Assembly: GCF_963676685.1 (NCBI RefSeq)
Contig: NC_092344.1
Location: forward strand, 88,412,001-88,476,000
Direction: 5' to 3'
From: Mytilus edulis
Taxonomy: Eukaryota
Length of the DNA: 64,000 nt
Shown: positions 52,456 through 64,000 of the stretch, piece by piece
Layout: each line of letters opens with the position of its first letter
How positions within the stretch are numbered: the stretch's first letter is position 1
Notes under the pieces: model-generated
Database searches by the model: none
What the model saw: the letters and a program-made list of their open reading frames with translations, nothing else
Told to the model about the DNA's origin: nothing
Program-made: the position numbers and the translations under genes

Positions 52456-54326
52456 TTCAAATTCTTTGCAAAGTATAATATATCAGTTCTATGAATAATA
52501 ATAGGGACAAAAAATGATGGTATCACCCCTAAAACACAATGTTTACTGGCACGTTGAATATGGAGAAGAAAGAATTGATAAAGATAGAGTTTTCTGAAAT
52601 TCTGGAAATAGCGATAACCGTTAGATAGGGAGCGCTGAACTAATGTAGAAAATAATGATCAGAATGAAAGCTCACGTGTGTATCCTATGTTTTCGGCTAG
52701 ATTTAATTGGGATACCTTGTTTGAACTCAAACTTTAACTTATATCTAGGACGTCATTTGGATTATCGATGACTCCATTTGTTTTTGTATTACTAGTAATT
52801 GAAGTTGCGTTCAAGATAAGTCTGATGATTGATAAATTCTTTAAAAGTCGCTTCTTATCTTGAAGAATATTCTTATTTTCTTATAGCCTTATTGTTTAAG
52901 TAATTAGGTGTCTCATAAACTGCTTAACATATGACAAGTTTAACAACGTTAATTGAAGAGTCTATTTTTTTGTCATCAATTGAAAAAAAGCGAATATTGA
53001 CAGAGTTATTCTGTATTGGTAGAGTTAACACTTATACTGCATAAGCAGATTTCATCATATTAATTCTAAAAACAGAGTAGATATTAATAATATCATACAT
53101 TATCTGACATAATAACACAAAAGTGCTAAAGACTGATTATAACTTTTTTATATTTTACATTTATTATATCTTGTTTATATTTGAATAAAAGTAGATGAGT
53201 GGGAAATATAAATTAGCCTACATAGAAATTAACTATAGACGTTATTTTAAGGTCACAATACGGCTTTCCAAAATGGAAAGCACAGGAAAAGTAAGATTCA
53301 AACAAGCTGTAAATAGATACAACGTAAGTGCTTGTCAAATATCTCACACCAACACCATTACTAAATAAATTTATATCATTAAATCTATACAAACCAGGCA
53401 CTGTTTGACGCAAATACTGACGAAAGTCTTATGTCTGTATTTTCTTCAAAATTGAGAGTCATACAAAAGTATCATCAAAAGATTGCATGAAAATTAAAAT
53501 CATCAATGTGGAAAATCTATTTAATAAAATTTATGGAACATATAGACAAGAAGAGGAAGCAACAGTACCACACCTCAAGGTATATATATAAAAAAAAGAT
53601 AAAAACAATAACGGCAATTAACCGATATTTTTTAACTTTCTTATCTAGGTATTGGGTCTTTTTTGGAAATAAGCGTTGTTGTGATGGATAGTAGTGATAT
53701 TTAGGCAAATAAGATCTGCATTCATGTGATTGAAGAACAGATTTCCACTGAGAAGAAAATCGGACATATAGCAATAGTTAATAAGATGACCATTGATACG
53801 TAACGAGATTACTGTTTTGTTGTGCCTAGAAATACTGATTACCACGAATACATTGTAGAAGATACACAGTGTTTACAGTCTTGCAATTACATTGCAGAGT
53901 CATTGCAATATAATTTGGTATTCAAAATTTTTGTATGATGTATGTGTTTAAAAGTCACACATATTCTTTTCTATTTCAACTCAATTTTGACATATAAGTT
54001 GAAATACATGAAAATCAGTTTGATAGGTCAATATAAATGGGATGCTGATTTTGTAGGCCTGATAGACGCCTGGTTTGAACTAATGTTATGTTGCCTTCTG
54101 AAGTCCCGAATGTTCAGTTGAAATAGAAGTTCTTGTAATCATTTTGTATTATTGGAAGAACAATTCACTAATTTATGAAATAACAAACTTGGTTGTATGC
54201 ATTGCTTACAACACAATACTCTTTGTGGAACTCTATTAGTGTTTTTTTACTGGTCTCGTTGTACACATCTGTCGAACGATTTCATCCTTATGTTAAGTTG
54301 TGTCAAGGAATGAGTATTGTATCTTA

Positions 54327-54768
54327 GAATCACATTCAAAACAGTGTAGCTGTGGCCATTGATTGACAACCTTAAATTATCCCATTGAATGGGGTAGATC
54401 AGGTGAACGTGTGTCTGTAACGACAACTGCTCACTACTTACTTATTATAGAATTTAAACTGTGGGGTCACCAAAGGTTCTTAACGCCTTTAATATTAAAA
54501 TAGTTCGAAAAATTAATCAGGAATAACTTTATGTTTTGATTTATATTATTGATATAAATCAAAACATCGCGTTGTTCCTGATTAGTTTTTCTAATTTCTT
54601 TATTTAGGTGTTGAGAACCTTTTGTGACCCCACAGTTTAAGTGCCTTTAACAAGTACATAGTGAGCAGCGGTTGTTACAGACAAACGTTCACCTTATCTG
54701 CCCAAGTCAATGGGATAATTTAAGGTTGTCAATCAATGGCCACAGCTACACTGTTTTGAATATGATTC
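54327..54768. mobile_element. Foldback MITE, near-complete ~440-bp palindrome with TA TSD
   Basis: TA|GAATCACATTCAAAACAGTGTAGCTGTGGCCATTGATTGACAACCTTAAATTATCCCATTGA... is mirrored at the other end ...TGATTC|TA; symmetry centre near 54547. Confidence 0.85.
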
Positions 54769-55107
54769 TATTAGTGAACTCTATTGAGAGATTCAACTGT
54801 GTCGGCATATTGAAAGTGAATGAAATTTTTTATTCTTAAGAATATATATTTATATCTATAGGCGTTCTTTTGATAGTAAGAAGTAATTAGATACAATTGA
54901 CCTCATATTGTTCCTTCGCTTCTTATTTTGCCTTTTATTTATCAGAAATTGAATATTTTGTTAAAATAATAGAAAAAAAGTCTTTCAGTATGGTATTTAT
55001 TAAAACACGATGAAAGATATATTCTTTTATCATATGTTTAGTAGTAAATACAGTAGTTTTGCATATGTGATAAATAGCCTGCTGTTTAATCCATATCGCG
55101 CAACTTT

Positions 55108-55350
55108 GATGCGCACCCTTTATCGCATACCCTTTATCACATACCCTTTATCACACCCCTACCCTTTATCACACCCCTATTTTTTTATTGTTTTTTTACA
55201 TAAAGTCAGTTTTGGTTTGTTTTTTTGGCTTAAGAAAAATTTTCCTCAAAATAGGTAAATTTTTTGAATGACGTCATTGTTTGGTATGTGACGTCACGAA
55301 CGTCGAGTTTTTATATTGTATGTGACGTCACGAACGTCAAGTTTTCATAT
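55108..55350. repeat. Short tandem motifs (ACCCTTTATC x4; duplicated GTATGTGACGTCACGAACGTC)
   Basis: Directly visible repeats, probably the subterminal region of a decayed DNA transposon. Confidence 0.6.
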
Positions 55351-55593
55351 TTTTTGGCACACTAAATGCAACTATGAAAAATACAAAACACACAAATTAA
55401 TACAATAATAAACAAAATATTTTTAAAACAACAGCACGCAAATTGTAAGGTAACCCAGGTGCTTCGGATGAGTAATTGAGCAGTTCTTTTAATGCCTTTG
55501 AAACAAGACAAAAGTAGAACTGAAGGTAACCCAGTGCTATGGATCAGAAAACAGTTCATATATTATAATACTCTTCTGTTGAAATATATGATA

Positions 55594-55741
55594 AAGTGTA
55601 TAATACATGGCAAAATCCGTATCACATGCCGTATCACCCTCGACCAATATCATCCCTCGGGCCTAAAGGCCCTTGGGCTGATATTGATGTCTCGGGATGA
55701 TACGACATATGATACGGATTTTGCCATGTATTATTCTCTAT
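55594..55741. mobile_element. Short palindromic MITE (~150-bp hairpin)
   Basis: ATAATACATGGCAAAATCCGTATCA (55600-55624) pairs with TGATACGGATTTTGCCATGTATTAT (55710-55734); pairing continues to the centre GGGCCT-aa-AGGCCC. Confidence 0.8.
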
Positions 55742-57102
55742 GTAACCTCTGCATATTGAACAATTGACAGTCTTATTAAATAAAACTTCGAAACTCTTAT
55801 GCTTAAAATAAAATTGACTGTTTCGTCTGGTCTTTTATTACCGAAATATTTCACATTTTGTACCGAGTAGAATACAAAAACAACCCTGCTTATATTTGCC
55901 ACATGTATATTTTATATCTTTTCTAAATTTGAAAATGCCTGTACCAAGTCAGTAATATGACAGTTGTTGTCCATTCTTTTGATGTGTTTTATCATTTGAT
56001 TTTGCCATTTGATTAGGAACTTTCTTATTTTGCAGATGACGACGGATATTTTCCAATTTTTGTAACAACAATTCCGTTCTCTTTTCCTCGAATGTTATAC
56101 CACTGAATGAGACTTGTCCCATTCTGGAGCACCTGGGATCTATCGTGATTTTAATTGGGTTTCTTCTGCCTAGTTTTTAGTTTTTAGCCTTCTAATTGAC
56201 CTTTACCTTTTTCTATTTAACTGTTTGTATATGAATCATTTTTTACAACGGCGTTGTCAGTTTGTTATGAATTTGAATAACCAACGCCTCTCTTTTACAT
56301 GACAAAATATTAATATATAATACTTGCAACTGCAAAAATCAAAATCAACGGACAAATACTGCTCAGATAAACGAACTTATTTCGTTTGTAACCTCATAAA
56401 ATTACAGATCATCGGACTGAAACCCCGGTTAACCGAATGGCGCTCCTGGCATTACGATAACAGTGAAAACAACCACAACGGTGTAAATAAAGGTATGCAT
56501 GAAAACCAGAAGAACACCAAAGCAAACAAAAAATACATTATAAAAAGCTATTCTTCAATGTTTATTATGCGTGTATCATATCCTTAAATTTTAACGAATA
56601 AAAGAAAATGAGATGTTGACGAGCATTTTTTTTTTCAAATTAAAAAATAACCAATATATATATAGTAATCACCATATCGTCTTTTCCATATATAAACCCT
56701 ATACTATTTCAATGAGTATTCATTTAGTTAATGTGGTAGACACTAATTCCCTTAAGCCAAATGAACTCTTAAATTTAACTTTAAGACAATCCCTGATAGG
56801 GTTATTGACTTCAGACAGGCACATAAACATGTGGCTGACTAATTTAGTTTTTAATCTCTCAGTTTTAAATTTAAATCAGTAGCATCAAATAGGTTTAAAA
56901 ATTAGTTGAGAAAAGCCCGTAACTTTCAGAAAATATCCAGCTGCAGGTAAATCATAACCGTAACTCAACAGTGGTTATCCTATGTCATGTATGAAAAAAA
57001 TCGTTACTTGGAAAATTTAGCTTTATAGACAATTTTTTTAAGAAATGAAATAACACGTTATGAACTTCGAACAGCGGTATACTACTGTTGCCTTATCTAT
57101 TT

Positions 57103-57175
57103 GCATGCGTTCGAAGCGCTTTGCTGAATTTACCTTCATCATGAACGCTCAAAGCCAAATATTTGAGTTCAAGGG
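57103..57175 (-). repeat. Decayed copy of a second hammerhead-bearing repeat family
   Basis: Minus strand GAGCGTTC-aTGATGA-AGGTAAATTCA-GcAA-AGCGCT-TC-GAACGC: stem I GCGTTC/GAACGC, palindromic AGCGCT stem III. Related decayed copies at ~1170-1230 (-), ~18963-19005 (-) and 58711-58752 (+). Confidence 0.55.
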
Positions 57176-57564
57176 TAAATTGTATTCACAAATTTTAGGT
57201 GATTTAGAGTCATGTAAAAAAGTAACACACAGACACGTGTGTTTAGTTGAACATTGTATGTTGACCTCTATATTTGTATATTTGTTATTTATGATGTTAG
57301 GTTGCTTTCTCATTTACGTATACCAAGAACATCATTTTAATCAGATGTATAGCATTGTATTAGAGAATGCCCACCGGTATTGAAAGCAAGTTTGAAATGG
57401 TTGATATAGAAATTGTACCGTCATACACTTTTCGATCGGACGCTTTATCTTTGAATTGCTTTTATAAAGGGGTGTCGTCCTAAATAGTTCAGGAAGACAA
57501 GCTTGTGTGCAAGGCATATAAAGAATATGTAAAATTGCAAATCAGAACAATAATAGAAAAAAAA

Positions 57565-57845
57565 TACAACAGTAGTATACCGCTATTCAAAAGTCATAAA
57601 TCGATTGAGATAGAACAAACCAAAACAGAGGGAAACACATGACATATAAGAGGAAAACAACGGAACAACAGAAACACGGAAGTGCAAAAAAAAAAACAAC
57701 AACAAAAAAAACAACAACATAGAAACGAACTTTTTGATAACAACTGCCATATTCCTGATTTGGTACAGAAAGTCTTTAGAAAAACGGTGGATTGAACCTG
57801 GTTTTATGGCTATCCAAACCTTCCGCTTTATGTCAATGGTGAAAA
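57565..57845 (-). mobile_element. SINE-like family 3 copy
   Basis: Reverse complement of ~49895-50170. Confidence 0.65.
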
Positions 57846-60800
57846 TATCGCTAAAATTACGACATAAATACACCATAAACACACACAAGAATATTCATCA
57901 CAGAGAAACGAACAGACAAATAATATAATTGTCAACACCATGTGCAAATTACAGAAAAGCAACGCTAAATTCACAACATCACGTGACAGGAATACAATAC
58001 AAATACACAAAAGAACACTTAGGACAGAGAAAGGCATATATAAATAGTACTTAAATGTGTTATGGTATCACATTATCAATATAGGAATTGATATAACTCC
58101 TATGAGACACCACGTCATATTCAATGACAAAACGATAGAACATGTATAACCTTCCAGCAATGACCATATTACCTAAAACGATAAAAAGACAATTCTTTAA
58201 CTTCTATTTATTATGAAGGATAGAAAAAAAACTGTAATAAAGCGGGCTTTGACATGTCATTTTCTCTGTAAATTTCGACGAGTAGCATGCATCATAATTC
58301 CATAAGAGTCATTCTATGAGATGAAATTCATCAAAGTATTTTTTTAATATATTTAGTTAAGTATGCTAGAAATAATAAATGAAAAGTAACAAAGTAACCA
58401 TAACATAAAATGTAAATGAAATTAAATTAAATAATAAAATTGTATTCATTTTCATAAAAATGAAGAACCTAACCTTTTTTTTAACTTAATTTTCCATTTA
58501 ACTTAAATTGACATTTTTGTGATTCATTCTTATATTATTTTATTTCAATCTGAAGTAAAAATGAGAATCAAAATTTTAGATATCTTTTTATAGATTATTA
58601 TCTCCTTGGAGTTAGATGTATATTTGGTTATTATTGTTTTGTTCCTATTGGTCATATAGTTCTGCACGTATGTTAGAACTTACACTTCCTTGGCTTCCTA
58701 TTTGCTTGGACCGTTTCTGATGACGGTAAATGCAGAAGAGAAATTCGAACGCATACAATTAATTAAGTGTTTTCCCAAATTTGTTTTTCAAAATATTTTT
58801 TACAGAATTTTTTCCGTGAGGGGCTTGAAAGCTTTTGTGAAGTGTTGCCTCTTCGTGAAGTGTTTATCCATATCAATCATAATTTAACAAATGTATAATG
58901 TTTCTAAAAAAAATAGCCCAGACCTTTCTCTTAATTAATTTCTAAAGTCCATTAATTCGCGTCTACGCTTAGTTAAGCAAACGTGTTAAAAACTAAATGA
59001 GTTTTTGCAAATGATTAGATTTAGAAAAATCAACACCACTGCACGCGTTAATATCTATTGTATGTAAAAAATTAAAATATCAGAAGGGCGGGTTCAAGAC
59101 ACATGTTTTTCAGACCGCTAATTGTCAATTAAAATTCGTTTTTCGCTTGGCCAGACACTGAAGTACTAAAATGTATAGTACAATGACAAACAGAACAAAA
59201 ATCATCGGCATTTTCGCTATTTCGTTTAGACTACCATATTTAAGTTTTCAGTTTGTGAAAAGATCCAAAAAGGCAAGCAATTTGGAAGTTAATGAGAATT
59301 TGATGTTTGTTGTTAATACGATCAATACGCCATAACAAACATTATTAAATTGACTATAATCTTTGTAAAGTTACTGGAATGATCTTTACCTCTTATTCAG
59401 GAACAAAAGATACCAACTACCAACTACGCGGTTGGTCTATCTAAGCTCCCGATGATACATCCTTCTAATTCGCAGCGGTAAACTCGTGTGTAACCACAGG
59501 GACTCAATAAATAATACCTTACATTTCAATAGAGAGTATATTATTAATTTGATTTATATGGATCAAAAGGAAACTTCATAGAAAAGACTTCTACTATTTC
59601 ACGAATTTTCGCCCATCTTATTAGCTCACAATTTACAATCGTTCCTCTAATTTTCATTTTCTATTTGATGGTTTCATAATCAGTTTGGCTGACATTTAAT
59701 ACCATGGAATTACAAGATTTTATTGTCAAAATCTTGCTACTTATTTGCAGGCCTATAATTCAAAGATATGGATTGTTAATTTTTAGCTTAATGATTTTCC
59801 TCAAAATTAAAGTTTAACATAAAATGAAATTCCAGAGCAAGCCAAATATATTTTAATTGATGATATTCTAATATCAATTTTCACATCAAAGTAATAGATC
59901 TTCGTGTAGTAACGATAAGAAAGTTGGTAGCCAACATAATTATGGGTTTTGGATTCCGATCTGTTAACCTGACAAGCAACCTTTCGCGTTTTGACCATAC
60001 AGACTAGGTAAAAGATACAAGTTTCACTATGATTATAAAAGATCTTTTAATAGATAAAAACATAAACAAAACAAAGAGAAATTTTATATATAGTTAAACA
60101 TCTAGTAAACAACAGCGTTAAAAATGTTTCACCATGCAAATTTATATGCGTCACAAGAAATGGGTATAGTCTCTTTGGTTCTTGTTTTTTTTTATTTCGA
60201 TAGGTTGGGAACAAATTAGAAAATTGTTATTTTATCCATATTCAGATGTTAACGTATATGTCGTTATGTAGCCTTTCTAACCTAGATAAGTCTTAATCGG
60301 CAATTTATATATAAATATATGATGTTTCATTAGTTCTATGAGGGTTTTTTTTTAACACTGTCTAAATGTTGTAATTTAGTGAAAGATCTGTTCATGTTTT
60401 AGACAAACCTTAGATCAACGATAATATGCCCGTAATTTCATATTGTGCAATGTAATATATGTCTATACTGTAGACATATAGCCTTATATTACTGACACTA
60501 CGCGGGGCGAGTCAATGATTGCATACATATCCAAATGGGACTTGTCTCATTGCGCAAAAGAGCTAAATTCGCTTTTATCGTTGACAGCTTGCTAAAAACC
60601 TCTACTATATTTTTTTTTATATCTTTCTGAATATAAATAAAATGATAACGATTCATGTTTATTCAAATAAATACTCAATGTGAAAATAATAGGCTTAAAA
60701 CAAATTCGCACAAAAAAACACAAAAAAACGCATTAGCACCTCATGCTGATCATCTTTATTTTATGTTGTTCTTAAATTTGTCTTTGTATTTTGTTACTGT

Positions 60801-63154
60801 TTCATATTAACACAATTTTGGTTTTTAAATTTGATATTTGTTAAAGTGATAAAATATATATTGTTGGTATGGTTTGATACAATCAAATTTCGTATTATGA
60901 ATCAGATTTTTAAAATTCTCAAATTATGCAAGGAAACAATTAATCTCGATAAGTTGTTTGAAAAATTAAACGGGTAGCTATTTTAAATTGATTATAGTCG
61001 AAAGTAAATTGCTTTAGCGGATGTGACTTATTTAATAAGTATGATAATAAGCTAAATGAAGTTTTTATTCTTGCAGGTGTCGGTATTAGATAGTCTCACC
61101 ACGTGCGAGTAACCACAACACTTTAATATCAATTTGATAACATATTTAACTGTGTTAGGTTATAACATACTACAGGTAGATACATTTTGTCTGAACTTCC
61201 GAATATTAAGTTTAAAATGAAGTCAATAAAATTCAAATTATACACTTTAAAGAAGGTTTATAGATTACCTGTGAATTCGCTGATGAGTAGGTGATCATTT
61301 CATTGAAAGCAAATAATTAACGCAACACATCAAAGTGAAAATAAACACACGTCAATCATATATCAATGATCACACAAATTAGCGATGACAGGTGCCCCGA
61401 AAGATTGTGTGGTTATATATTTACAACTTTCATATATGTTTAGAAAAAAAAAGTTCGCATTAATAAAAAAGAGATCTCGGGTACTATGTTTGGGATTGAA
61501 TGTGGTTTTATCTTAATATTTTCATTCATAGAATTAATAACACTACTTTTTGTCAACTAAAAACGTTTGTGGAAGTCATGATGAAGCATAGTTCATAATA
61601 CATTTTTGGAAGTAATAAATTTGGCAATTCATGAAGTTTTAAGATTAAAATGCACTTAGATATAATAATCTGACAAGGAAAAGGTAACTAAGCAAACAAA
61701 AGAACAAATGCACATATACCTTTTTCTTGTAAGTATGATAAGGAGAGTGATGTTCACTCATAGTTAACTATACTGATATTACATGACACAAAACCCTCAA
61801 AAATAGCATACTTTTCAAACTTACTTTTTTCCCATAATGCAATAACCATTTCTTTTAAAAAATTTTCATTTTATTAAAGATTTTTTACTAAAGGCAAACG
61901 GTTGAAAAAAAAACGTTTCTTTAAAAAAAAATAACAGTTTAGTGAACATGAAAAATATAAAACTGCGTTAAAAAATATGAAAATTCAACACAATAACATA
62001 AAGAGGAGTGGTTGGGGACACTGTATTTGTTTAGCAGTACAATAATAATGCATTTGCTTTGATATATCAGGTATCATTAAATTATATACATATTAGGATT
62101 TTATTTTACAAAAATCTCAGTATCAACGGAATTCGTGGTGGCAATATATTCCGAGATTCAGACGAGTTGCTAAATTTTTGTATATGTCTACGATGTGACC
62201 TTGTAAATATGGGTAATAACAATAAAATTATTGTTGTCGGATGTTCAACGTTTTTCCAATGCAGGGGTTATGATCATAAATATTTACTGCCACTTGAAAT
62301 AGAGATGAAATGTTATCCGTCTTCTGATGATTCTCTCTATCTATCTCGATGGGGGACTAATGGCACACGACATAGTTTGACGACAATACCTCCTGGACAC
62401 AAACAATACCCGGATGTCACATTACCCATCATCACAATACTCTTATCTGTAAAAATAAAATAACGGATTTATGATATTAAAATGTAACCAGTTAACAACG
62501 AGAGTTAATATAAATTGCACGATGTATATTTTATATTATTCTAGATAATAGTTACATGTTCGTAGTAATTAGTAAGTAGTAATCATGTATCAATGTTAAA
62601 TGATTCACAAAACTGTAACCTTTGATTTTCGTGACCATTCCAAACGATAAACAATCTTAAAGAATGGAGTAATGGATAAACAAATTAATTAATATCTAGA
62701 AGCTTTATATATAACATAAACGATTTTTTTCTGTAAGGACAATGTTTAATATGAATAATATGTAACTAACATCCTGAAAATATTGGCTGCCAAATGCAAA
62801 AAAGTATGATACAGTTACGCACAATCCTGATGCTATTTGGAAATTAAATGAAAATGTTCATGGTGGCCTTAGCTAGTGTTAGCTGTTCGCATGAGCCATT
62901 CGTTATGTTTATATAGATATCTTGTTAATGTTTTTTCATAATTGTTATCAAAGGCGTTGTCTTCTTATCTTCATTTCTAATTCCCGCTTTTCATGCATCT
63001 GGTATGTTGTGCGTATACAATGTAGAAGGAAAAGATCTATGTGTTTTGATAAAAGTTAATTTACCACATACATAGTTATATCTGGTCAGTTTAAAGCAGT
63101 TAATGTATATTGTACGGATGTAGAACAGATATTGACATCAAAGCACGACCGCTA

Positions 63155-63363
63155 GAAAAAAGTTAAATCACACAAAATATTGAACTCCAAGGAAAATTAT
63201 AAACGGAAAGTCACTAATCAAATGGCAAAATCAAAAGCTCAAACACATCAAACGAATTGATAACAACTGTCATATTCCAGAGTTGGTACAGGCATTTTCT
63301 TATGTAGAAAATGGTGGATTAAGCCTGCTTTTATCGCTAGCTAAACCTCGCACTTGTATGACA
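63155..63363 (-). mobile_element. SINE-like interspersed repeat family 2
   Basis: AACGGAAAGTCACTAATCAAATGGCAAAATCAAAAGCTCAAACACATCAAACGAATTGATAACAACTGTC...; near-identical to 52255-52455. Fragments at 7965-8045, 38345-38440 and 55930-56030. Confidence 0.7.
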
Positions 63364-63579
63364 AAAATACCGAAACGACGAAAATATACTATAACAACTA
63401 GGTCAAAACTAAATATATAAATATACTAAAATATCAACCGCAGGTACAAATTTGGTTGTTTATAAAGTCATCATCGTCGTTGTCCCCGTTTTCTAATTAG
63501 TTAAATAAAAAAATATTCCTCTGTATTTGATAATGGATTTACACCATCAGTAACTTATTAATTTACTGTAAACAAAACA

Positions 63580-63808
63580 TTGAGTTTTTAAAATACTATT
63601 AAAGGGTTTTCAATCTAATGAATAGATTACCTAAACTGTATTTGGCAAACCATTTAGGAATTTCCGGTCCTCGCTCTTCAACTTCGTACTTTATTTGGCT
63701 TTTTTAACTTTTTTTATTCGAGCGTCACTGATTAGTCTTTTGTAGAAGAAACGCGCGTCTGGTGCAAATACGAAATTTCAATCCTGGTATATATGATGAG
63801 TTTATTTA
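63580..63808 (+). mobile_element. Partial retrozyme-like copy with decayed hammerhead at 63720-63766
   Basis: GAGCGTCA-CTGATtA-GTCT tttgt AGAa-GAAA-CGCGCG-TC-TGGTGC followed by ATCCTGGTATATATGATGAGTTTATTTA. Confidence 0.75.
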
Positions 63809-64000
63809 GGTCTATATTAAGTAATTAATTAATTTATAACCTGATAGAGTTTGTACAGATTTACACATGTTTATCAATCTGAAATCAGGTGCCTTATTGT
63901 ATCAATCTACTTATTTTTAAGCTGGACTACTATTAGATACAAGTAGACCGAAATAGATGACCTTAATTGGTAAAACTGTTTTGATTTGGGCTCTCAATGA

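Noticed and set aside
62059-62463. 134-aa ORF, and an exon-like acceptor on the opposite strand
   Set aside because: Non-ATG start and no domain; the minus-strand frames hit stops quickly.

Overview
AT-rich eukaryotic genomic DNA, most likely from a mytilid bivalve (Mytilus-like; inferred from the repeat families, not verified). The one clear protein-coding gene is a minus-strand CYP7/CYP8-clan cytochrome P450. It has four coding exons (31306-31227, 30993-30065, 29706-29528, 29234-28947; 1476 nt, 491 aa), a predicted non-coding first exon, and a TATA/E-box/CCAAT/GC-box promoter near 32.25-32.43 kb. The protein is atypical: the heme loop reads FGALCPG, three residues shorter than the canonical FxxGxxxCxG, and the I-helix is remodelled (LHVNYNT). 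The rest of the window is repeat-rich. It holds six copies of a ~350-nt element carrying a type I hammerhead ribozyme (retrozyme-like; one full 354-nt monomer with an intact catalytic core) and decayed copies of two further hammerhead families. It also holds two PIF/Harbinger-type TIR elements (one with a DDE transposase remnant, inserted in a 5.4-kb 40-bp minisatellite), several MITEs and foldback palindromes, Helentron-type HINE elements, SINE-like and Penelope-tail-like repeats, a LINE 3' remnant and a possible heavily decayed LRR-GPCR pseudogene. Repeat boundaries without TIRs are approximate, and the orientation given for SINE-like families is relative.
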